DNA of 64,000 nucleotides from Gemmatales bacterium (GTDB lineage Bacteria; Planctomycetota; Planctomycetia; Gemmatales; HRBIN36): NCBI GenBank assembly GCA_041640595.1, contig JBEPZY010000001.1, positions 352,001 to 416,000 of the forward strand, read 5' to 3'. Shown piece by piece: positions 19,701 to 29,296 of this stretch (position 1 is its first letter; each line of letters starts with the position of its first letter). The notes under the pieces were generated by a model. It saw only the letters and a program-made list of their open reading frames with translations, ran no database searches and was not told where the DNA came from. The position numbers and the translations under genes were made by a program.

Positions 19701-22700
19701 CCTCGGTGAGAGGCCTCGCAACTTAGACCCCAACCAATAGGGGATTGAAACGGTTCATAGGCCGGAACCGGGAACCGGCCTCCCCCGACCTCGCAACTTA
19801 GACCCCAACCAATAGGGGATTGAAACGCCTGATGGGGTTTCCAGTCGCCATCCTGCCCGTGCCCTCGCAACTTAGACCCCAACCAATAGGGGATTGAAAC
19901 GCCCGGCTGAGTGGCACGGACAGGAGGCGCCGCCTTTCTCGCAACTTAGACCCCAACCAATAGGGGATTGAAACGGGTTCATAGGCCGGAACCGGGAACC
20001 GGCCTCCCCCGCTCGCAACTTAGACCCCAACCAATAGGGGATTGAAACCGTTCCTGCTTTCCCTCTATGTCCCTTCCGTGATAGAGGCTCGCAACTTAGA
20101 CCCCAACCAATAGGGGATTGAAACCGTGAACATTTACAGGAGTAAGGTCTTCACCACCTTCTCGCAACTTAGACCCCAACCAATAGGGGATTGAAACACC
20201 AGGGTCGGGTCGGTCCTCTCCCCTGGCCCGTAACCTCGCAACTTAGACCCCAACCAATAGGGGATTGAAACGTCGAAGACGAGCCCGCAGTCTGGGCAGC
20301 GGGTGGCCTCGCAACTTAGACCCCAACCAATAGGGGATTGAAACACGCGGGGGCTACCGGGCTCCGGCAGCCCGGGCCCCCCTCGCAACTTAGACCCCAA
20401 CCAATAGGGGATTGAAACCCCAGCGCGGAGCCGGGACCGTGGCCAACTACCACGGCCTCGCAACTTAGACCCCAACCAATAGGGGATTGAAACTTTCGGA
20501 GCTGTTGCTATTGATGTTTTCAATACTACTCGCAACTTAGACCCCAACCAATAGGGGATTGAAACCGTTGATGACCCCTCCTACCGGGCCGGCCCCATCG
20601 CCCTCGCAACTTAGACCCCAACCAATAGGGGATTGAAACAGCCTCCCGCCAGTACTCCCTATACCCGTGCGGTGAGCCTCGCAACTTAGACCCCAACCAA
20701 TAGGGGATTGAAACCCACGCCCCCCGCCCCCGCCGGGAGAGCAGGGCCAGGCTCGCAACTTAGACCCCAACCAATAGGGGATTGAAACGATAAATCTTGT
20801 TAAACTTAGCGTAACACCTCATCCTCGCAACTTAGACCCCAACCAATAGGGGATTGAAACCCCTGTGGCGGGCGGCTAAGACTTCTTGCGCCCCCGGCTC
20901 GCAACTTAGACCCCAACCAATAGGGGATTGAAACACGGGTATTGAACCTGTATCCGCGCTGCCGCCCCAGCCTCGCAACTTAGACCCCAACCAATAGGGG
21001 ATTGAAACGTCCTTAACAACCGACATAAACGGAATGCCCAAATACTCGCAACTTAGACCCCAACCAATAGGGGATTGAAACACTCTAACTGGATCATCCG
21101 AAAACGTAGCCAAAACCTCGCAACTTAGACCCCAACCAATAGGGGATTGAAACGCTTCCTCGGTGAGAGGCCACCCGCAGCGGGGGCACACCCTCGCAAC
21201 TTAGACCCCAACCAATAGGGGATTGAAACTAGCGAACGTGCAACTCTAACTGGATCATCCGAAAACCTCGCAACTTAGACCCCAACCAATAGGGGATTGA
21301 AACATCCGCGCTGCCGCCCCAGCGCGGAGCCGGGACCGTGCTCGCAACTTAGACCCCAACCAATAGGGGATTGAAACAGTTATCTCCCTGGGGTTTTGGT
21401 GAACTCCCGGCAGCCTCGCAACTTAGACCCCAACCAATAGGGGATTGAAACGTCCTTACCAGTCGGTGGCAATGGCTCGGGATTCACCTCGCAACTTAGA
21501 CCCCAACCAATAGGGGATTGAAACCCTGGGTTAAAAATGGGCACACAAAAAGGAGGCGCCCTCGCAACTTAGACCCCAACCAATAGGGGATTGAAACGGT
21601 CGTTATTAAGGTGAATACCACAAACGGTTCCAATACTCGCAACTTAGACCCCAACCAATAGGGGATTGAAACAGTAGTGAATTAACGGATGATCCGACAA
21701 ATCATCAACCTCGCAACTTAGACCCCAACCAATAGGGGATTGAAACCTCTCTTCTTTTGTTTTCTTGGTAGTTTTTGTCGAACTCGCAACTTAGACCCCA
21801 ACCAATAGGGGATTGAAACGCTGTTAGGCCGCCGTGGTTGGAGAAAGCATGAGCTCCTCGCAACTTAGACCCCAACCAATAGGGGATTGAAACACCCGCG
21901 GGGGCCGGCCTTCCCTGTGGCGGGTACGAGACTCGCAACTTAGACCCCAACCAATAGGGGATTGAAACGACGTGACGGCTAAGACTTCTTGCGCCCCCGC
22001 CGGGCTCGCAACTTAGACCCCAACCAATAGGGGATTGAAACAATAGCTATGACTGATCCTCCCAACATACCTCCCTCCTCGCAACTTAGACCCCAACCAA
22101 TAGGGGATTGAAACCGGGAGAGACTGGCGGCTGGTCTAGAACTGGCCCCGCTCTCGCAACTTAGACCCCAACCAATAGGGGATTGAAACCTGTGGCGGGT
22201 ACGGCTAAGACTTCTTGCGCCCCCGCCTCGCAACTTAGACCCCAACCAATAGGGGATTGAAACACTTTGTGAATGTGAGCTACCTCCATCCACGAATATC
22301 CTCGCAACTTAGACCCCAACCAATAGGGGATTGAAACACCGACCCGCGGGGGCCGGTCTTCCTGGCGGGTGCTCGCAACTTAGACCCCAACCAATAGGGG
22401 ATTGAAACTGTCTACATCCTCACTGCTTTCGTGAGGGTCCCAAACTCGCAACTTAGACCCCAACCAATAGGGGATTGAAACGCCACTTGAGGACCCAACA
22501 GCGAATTGGTGACGGGCTCGCAACTTAGACCCCAACCAATAGGGGATTGAAACCGGACCATGGCTATCCTCCTGTTTGGCCCGCCCTTCCTCGCAACTTA
22601 GACCCCAACCAATAGGGGATTGAAACTTCTCGCCCGGCTCCTGGGCCTCCGGCAGCCGGGCACTCGCAACTTAGACCCCAACCAATAGGGGATTGAAACA

Positions 22701-25700
22701 AGACCTCGTCCGGGATTTTCAGACTAAAGCCCCGAGCCTCGCAACTTAGACCCCAACCAATAGGGGATTGAAACTTCAACCCCGTTATCCAGGATAAGCT
22801 TTGCGAACCGGCTCGCAACTTAGACCCCAACCAATAGGGGATTGAAACCAATAAGAAAAGCGACTAACGTGTTTACCCAGAACTGTCTCGCAACTTAGAC
22901 CCCAACCAATAGGGGATTGAAACTATCTTTACGCATCTTTCCATATTTGTCCTCCCCTTTCTCGCAACTTAGACCCCAACCAATAGGGGATTGAAACAAT
23001 GCGGTGAGTGTGAAACTCGCAAAAACCCTAGAACTCGCAACTTAGACCCCAACCAATAGGGGATTGAAACTCTGGCAACTGGTCAGTTGGTCTCGGTTGG
23101 CTACATCTCGCAACTTAGACCCCAACCAATAGGGGATTGAAACATGATTGTAGCGACACGGACCATGGCTATCCTCCTTCTCGCAACTTAGACCCCAACC
23201 AATAGGGGATTGAAACACACGGATTTGCGGCAGGCTAATACTTAGCCTGCCTCTCGCAACTTAGACCCCAACCAATAGGGGATTGAAACAACCATACCTA
23301 AAAACTCACAAAACAGGTAGAACGGCTCGCAACTTAGACCCCAACCAATAGGGGATTGAAACGGCAACGCGATAGACATTTCACTCTGCAGATCCCAATC
23401 TCGCAACTTAGACCCCAACCAATAGGGGATTGAAACACCCCCACTACCCCGATGTAGCGGAGGGCGGACAACACTCGCAACTTAGACCCCAACCAATAGG
23501 GGATTGAAACGCCCGGCTCCTGGGCCTACGGCAGCCGGGCAAAGTCCCTCGCAACTTAGACCCCAACCAATAGGGGATTGAAACGGATTTGCGGCAGGCT
23601 AATACTTAGCCTGCCTCAGACTCGCAACTTAGACCCCAACCAATAGGGGATTGAAACGGCCCGGCGGTCGAAGGAGGTCTAACGACACTATATCTCGCAA
23701 CTTAGACCCCAACCAATAGGGGATTGAAACTATAGCCGTGGCTCGGCAGGGCAGGAGCGCTGGGAACTCGCAACTTAGACCCCAACCAATAGGGGATTGA
23801 AACTTAACCCAGTCAATAACGGTGCTAACGATTTCGGACTCGCAACTTAGACCCCAACCAATAGGGGATTGAAACAATGTCGAACAGATATTTCAAACTT
23901 CTCACCTTTAACCTCGCAACTTAGACCCCAACCAATAGGGGATTGAAACTCCTAGCGCATCGTTCCATGCCTGTCTCCCTGTTTGGCCTCGCAACTTAGA
24001 CCCCAACCAATAGGGGATTGAAACGAATTCCCGGTCAACATAAAGGCCATTGACCTCAATCTCTCGCAACTTAGACCCCAACCAATAGGGGATTGAAACA
24101 GCTGCGTTGGCTGTGTAGCCGCATGGCCACATGGCCTCGCAACTTAGACCCCAACCAATAGGGGATTGAAACGTCACGTCCTCTCCCTGTGGCGGGTGAC
24201 GACGGCTAACTCGCAACTTAGACCCCAACCAATAGGGGATTGAAACAATCCGATAAGAACGGATACAATAGCTATGGCCGACCTCGCAACTTAGACCCCA
24301 ACCAATAGGGGATTGAAACGAAAGAGTTTCAGCCAGTCGATAAAACTTTCATCAGTCTCGCAACTTAGACCCCAACCAATAGGGGATTGAAACTGCAGTC
24401 CTGAGAATGCACACAGCACATAGATCGTCCTCGCAACTTAGACCCCAACCAATAGGGGATTGAAACTGTGCTTTCATCCAATCAAGCACGAACTGACGCC
24501 ATCTCGCAACTTAGACCCCAACCAATAGGGGATTGAAACATCAAAAGAGTAATGTCTATTCAAAAGCCAACATACCCTCGCAACTTAGACCCCAACCAAT
24601 AGGGGATTGAAACCCAACAACGTTTTCAACCGTAGCAACGCGGGCGGTGCTCGCAACTTAGACCCCAACCAATAGGGGATTGAAACACTGCCGACCCTAA
24701 CATCTTCCATCTCCATTATGGTCTCGCAACTTAGACCCCAACCAATAGGGGATTGAAACGCCAGTCGATAAAACTTTCATCAGTAACTGGCCTACGAGCT
24801 CGCAACTTAGACCCCAACCAATAGGGGATTGAAACATACCATTGTTGAAATCAACCTGTTGACCTTGCTCCTCTCGCAACTTAGACCCCAACCAATAGGG
24901 GATTGAAACTCTTCCATCTCCATTATGGTCTTTGGGCCCGTTGATACTCGCAACTTAGACCCCAACCAATAGGGGATTGAAACCTTCATTACGATGGTGT
25001 GCTGCACGCCTGTTAACCTCGCAACTTAGACCCCAACCAATAGGGGATTGAAACACAGTTACTTTCCAGGACTCAACAGGGTTGTCCAACTCGCAACTTA
25101 GACCCCAACCAATAGGGGATTGAAACGGTTATTCTCTTGCGATTACGCCCCAGTGCGTAATCGCTCGCAACTTAGACCCCAACCAATAGGGGATTGAAAC
25201 AGTATCGCATGGCATTCCTCCTGTTCTTTTACCCTCTCGCAACTTAGACCCCAACCAATAGGGGATTGAAACTCCGAGCTTTTGGAACTTTCACCTCCAC
25301 GGTGCCATCTCGCAACTTAGACCCCAACCAATAGGGGATTGAAACCAATAGCTATGGCCGACCCTCCTAACATCTCTTTCCCTCGCAACTTAGACCCCAA
25401 CCAATAGGGGATTGAAACCTTGAACTTTACGTAACTTCTCAGGATGTGTAACTTTCTCGCAACTTAGACCCCAACCAATAGGGGATTGAAACCTGGCTGC
25501 TTCTTTAAGGGCTTCGATGCAAAAGCCCCTCGCAACTTAGACCCCAACCAATAGGGGATTGAAACGACTTGGATTTGGTTCTTTCTAGGCATAGTTTTAC
25601 CCTCGCAACTTAGACCCCAACCAATAGGGGATTGAAACCTACCACCAGGACGAGGAGGGAAAGCAGCACAAATACTCGCAACTTAGACCCCAACCAATAG

Positions 25701-25934
25701 GGGATTGAAACCCAACAACGTTTTCAACCGTAGCAACGCGGGCGGTGCTCGCAACTTAGACCCCAACCAATAGGGGATTGAAACACCGGCTTGGAGATAG
25801 CTCAGGCAGAACCGACCCGATCTCGCAACTTAGACCCCAACCAATAGGGGATTGAAACGACCGCGTCCGGACCCTGGCCAGAATAAAGCCGACCAGCCTC
25901 GCAACTTAGACCCCAACCAATAGGGGATTGAAAC
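7749..25934 (+). CRISPR. CRISPR array of ~245-250 repeats CTCGCAACTTAGACCCCAACCAATAGGGGATTGAAAC (37 nt), spacers ~33-40 nt
   Basis: Repeat read directly. It has a CCCC/GGGG stem and an 8-nt 3' handle ATTGAAAC, typical of Cas6-processed type I/III repeats. Count estimated from a ~73.7-nt period. One repeat (16321-16358) carries a 1-nt insertion. Confidence 0.99.
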
Positions 25935-25970
25935 GGTAGGGTGGAGGATTAGCTGTAATGGCAGCTCTGC

Positions 25971-26517
25971 CTCGAATGGGAACTCTAACAAACAGGAGAT
26001 TGTTACTCTCTGTCTCTTCTTAAGAAGGATTGGTCAAGCTTGACCTTGCAACGTGAGCCCAACTGGCATGGAATTGTAACTTTCGTCACAGAAATCAAGA
26101 TTCCAAGATTGTCCACGTTGCAATTTTGTACATAACCAATAGGGGACGAAAATGACTTGGATGATGGGCACGCATAGTGCGAGGATTTCCGAGCACACAA
26201 GATGGAGTTCAACTAGCATGAGATCGAAAAACAAACGTATGCCGGGCTAGCGCTTAGGCTTCATGCGTACGTGATCGAGAACCATACGGTATTAGCCGTG
26301 TACTCATCATGTGAAGCGTCTCTATTATGGTTGTGCTGTCAACTTAAACGAACCAACAGGGGACTATGAACGGCTGGATAAAGATTGACGCCACCACTTG
26401 GCCTCGTCTCGTGACTTAGACATTAATCTATGGAAAACCGGAGTTAGTACGGTGTGAAGGCTTCGCCGCGTCTTGCCGGAAAATCAACTTGTACGTTGAG
26501 CAACAGGTTGGGCAAGG
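25971..26517 (+). repeat. Trailer of about eight heavily degenerate CRISPR repeats in register
   Basis: Repeat-like units start at ~25971, 26045, 26117, 26194, 26263, 26336, 26408 and 26481. They retain fragments such as GCAAC, CAACTT, AACCAATAGGGGA and ATTG..AC. Confidence 0.7.
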
Positions 26518-27165
26518 TGGCGTTCTGGGAGTGGAATTAGTTTGTTCGTTGCTGGTGCGACGCGGCTATCAGCCTCATAGTTAGGTAGGTGGGTGGTTCG
26601 GATTGCTGTTATTGCAATTCAGCTTGATGGCTTCCATGAGGGTTTAGTTAGTGGTACGTCCATTCAATGATGGGAAGCTTGATTTAGTGCGTGGCTTAGG
26701 TCCAGTAACTGAAATATAAAGGTTACCAGGATTGACGATCCCAAGCGAGTGTCCAATCTGTGGGCGAGTCGGAGCAGGTAGGGATGTACAACCAGTCCTG
26801 AAAGACGGAAAGTTGGCTCGAATACAAGCAGTGGCCCTAGTGAATACACAAGGGAAGTGCATTCGTACAAGGAAATGAATTAAGGAGGGTCGTGAACAGA
26901 TGTCCATCGGGCGTCGTGCATTGGAAGGGGTTCCAGATGCTTGTTGGCGCAATGACATCGTTCGGGCTAACATTAGTTTGAGAAGCGATCCGAGTCTTAG
27001 CCAAAGTGGCTTTCTGAAGCGCAGGAGCTTGGGTGTCTTTTGGTTGAGATTGGTAAGACCAAGCACTGGAAGACAAAGGCCGGGTTCGTATAACATGATT
27101 TGAGCAAGAAAAAGCTGTCCGTGGGTGTCCAGCTTTGAGGCACATAATAATTGAGGAGAGAAGCG

Positions 27166-27747
27166 ATGCTTGCGGAAATTGTGTGGTTGCCGTGGGCTAT
27201 TTTGGCCGCAGTGGTGCTGTTGATTCTACTGTGGGGAATTGGCGTTTACAATGGGCTGATCGCGCGACAAGGTGAAGCGCAAAATGCATGGTCGCAAATT
27301 GATGTGCAATTGAAACGCAGGTACGACCTGATTCCCAATCTTGTTGAAACCGTCAAGGGATACGCATCACACGAGAAAGAAACTTTAGAACGGGTAATTC
27401 AGGCCCGCAACGCGGCGATGAATGTCCGCGGCATAGCAGAACGAGCGGAGGCTGAAACTGCTCTGACAGGTGCGATGCGGCAGCTATTGATGCTGGCTGA
27501 GGCATATCCCGAGCTAAAGGCGAACGAAAATTTCAAAGCCCTACAAGAGGAGTTGATTTCGACAGAAAACAGGATCGGGTTTGCCCGACAGCATTATAAC
27601 GACGTGGTAGCCAGGTACAATGTTTGTCTGCGGCGCTTTCCTGCTAACATTATAGCAGGGCTATTTAGATTCCCCGAATACGAGTTCTTTCAGGTGGAAA
27701 GTGCTGAGGCGCAGCAGGTTCGACAAGCCCCTAAGGTTCAGTTCTAA
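27166..27747 (+). CDS. lemA: LemA family protein
   Basis: N-terminal TM, AWSQIDVQLKRRYDLIPNLVETVKGY and AEAYPELKANENF. ATG at 27166 after GAGGAG. Confidence 0.93.
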   Translation: MLAEIVWLPWAILAAVVLLILLWGIGVYNGLIARQGEAQNAWSQIDVQLKRRYDLIPNLVETVKGYASHEKETLERVIQARNAAMNVRGIAERAEAETALTGAMRQLLMLAEAYPELKANENFKALQEELISTENRIGFARQHYNDVVARYNVCLRRFPANIIAGLFRFPEYEFFQVESAEAQQVRQAPKVQF

Positions 27748-27764
27748 TATGATGGTGCAAGACA

Positions 27765-28733
27765 ATGGGTCTGGCTACATTTAGGGATCTGATTGCAGAA
27801 AATCAGCGCAAAAGTGTGTGGCTAGTTGTAAGCTTTTGTATAGTAACGTCCTTAGCGTTGACGGGACTTGTATTAGGTATCGTGTCATTAATGGTTCCTG
27901 AATTGCTCGAGGTGTGGTTTTGGCCTGCAACAGTAATGACGTTTGTTGGTGGGCTTATTATTGCTGGATTAGTGGCTTTATTAGGAGTACGACGTGGGGA
28001 TAGAATTGTTTTGGTAATTAGTAGAGCCAGGCCCGTCCACAAGGTTGATGATCCGCAGTTATACAACGTTGTTGAAGAGGTTGCTATAGCTGCGGGCGTT
28101 CCTCCACCCCAGATATACTTAATCGAGGATTATGCGATGAATGCCTTTGCGACAGGACGTGATCCAGAACACGCAGCGGTAGCTATTACCCGCGGTTTGC
28201 GGGAGAGGCTTACGCGAGAGGAATTGCAGGGTGTAATCGCACACGAAATAGCTCACATTCGCAATTACGATATTCGGCTTATGATGTTATTAGCCGTGCT
28301 GATCGGTATGGTGGCGGTACTGGCAGATTTTCTTTTCCAGAGTTTGAGATTTGCCAGCTCTAAAAAAGGGTTGAAGCGACGCGAAGGAAAAGCTTCCGGA
28401 GGATTAGTAGCTGCCGTTGTCATCGTGGTTGCTATGCTTCTCGCTCTCGTGGCTCCACTGGTAGCTCAGGTCATTCAGTTAGCTGTCAGTCGAGAACGTG
28501 AATACCTGGCCGATGCGACCGCTGTCGAATTGACCCGCAATCCGCACGGAATCCTTGGAGCCCTTCGGAAAATATCCCAAGACGACGCAGTTCTGCAAGT
28601 GGCTAATCGAGGCACTGCGCATCTTTATTTCGTCAATCCGATACGCAATTATGCTGCTCGCGGGGCAACTCTTTTTTCCAGCCATCCTCCCATCGAAGAG
28701 CGCATCCGGCGTCTCGAAGCATTGCTTGTTTGA
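27765..28733 (+). CDS. htpX: M48 family zinc metalloprotease (HtpX-like)
   Basis: NAFATG, HEIAH (HExxH), SREREYLAD and SSHPP motifs, TM segments, and position after lemA. Confidence 0.88.
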   Translation: MGLATFRDLIAENQRKSVWLVVSFCIVTSLALTGLVLGIVSLMVPELLEVWFWPATVMTFVGGLIIAGLVALLGVRRGDRIVLVISRARPVHKVDDPQLYNVVEEVAIAAGVPPPQIYLIEDYAMNAFATGRDPEHAAVAITRGLRERLTREELQGVIAHEIAHIRNYDIRLMMLLAVLIGMVAVLADFLFQSLRFASSKKGLKRREGKASGGLVAAVVIVVAMLLALVAPLVAQVIQLAVSREREYLADATAVELTRNPHGILGALRKISQDDAVLQVANRGTAHLYFVNPIRNYAARGATLFSSHPPIEERIRRLEALLV

Positions 28734-28819
28734 GCACTGGAATCGGTCTTGCACTGTGGACCGGAGTCTGGTATAGTGGAATTTCTTACGAAGCGAAAGA
28801 AAAACGAGCCTTTGCTGAT

Positions 28820-29221
28820 ATGGTCGAGGCAAAATCGCTTATAGATCGGGTGCTTGATGATGAAGCCATAACCGCGGGATTAGAGGATCCGGAGGCACGT
28901 TTGCTAGTTGAATGGCTAGTGGAACAGACCGAGCATATTGCGCGCAGCGCGGTATCGCCACAGCAGGCAAGGGAACGAGTCGAAAGATTGTGCCATTATG
29001 CTCGGGCATTGCGGCAATTTCTTGTCCTCTGGTGTTATGATAAGAATCCTGGTTCGGCAGCGCAACTAGCGGCCACGCAAAAGTTCGCTTGGCCGTTGCC
29101 CTCAGCGGAGGAAGAGAATGCTCTTAGCATTCTGCAGCAGGTACTACTATGGCACGCGAAAAACGGGCATGCTTCCTGGATCGCGGAAGGTTCCACAAGC
29201 GCATGCCCGAAGTCTACATAG
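28820..29221 (+). CDS. Hypothetical protein
   Basis: Compact ORF in the operon (LDDEAITAGLEDPEARLLVEWLV). Start could be 28730. Confidence 0.6.
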   Translation: MVEAKSLIDRVLDDEAITAGLEDPEARLLVEWLVEQTEHIARSAVSPQQARERVERLCHYARALRQFLVLWCYDKNPGSAAQLAATQKFAWPLPSAEEENALSILQQVLLWHAKNGHASWIAEGSTSACPKST

Positions 29222-29296
29222 ACCAATAAATCTGTAGGGAAGTTGGCGATGTGGCTCACCAACCTAATAAATTGCGTTCCGCGGGATGTAATCGAG

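Noticed and set aside
24320..24798. Hammerhead-like CTGATGA...GAAA in the reverse complement of spacers 24320/24760
   Set aside because: No canonical stem II forms between the motifs. The sequence folds as a simple hairpin and reads as protein (TDESFIDWLKLF).
7687..25007. Dozens of minus-strand ORFs containing FQSPIGWGLSCE / VSIPYWLGSKLR
   Set aside because: These are translations of the CRISPR repeat, not genes. Only the spacer-derived portions are informative.
26003..27145. Short ORFs downstream of the array as cas genes
   Set aside because: No Cas-like motifs, and they overlap the decayed repeat region.
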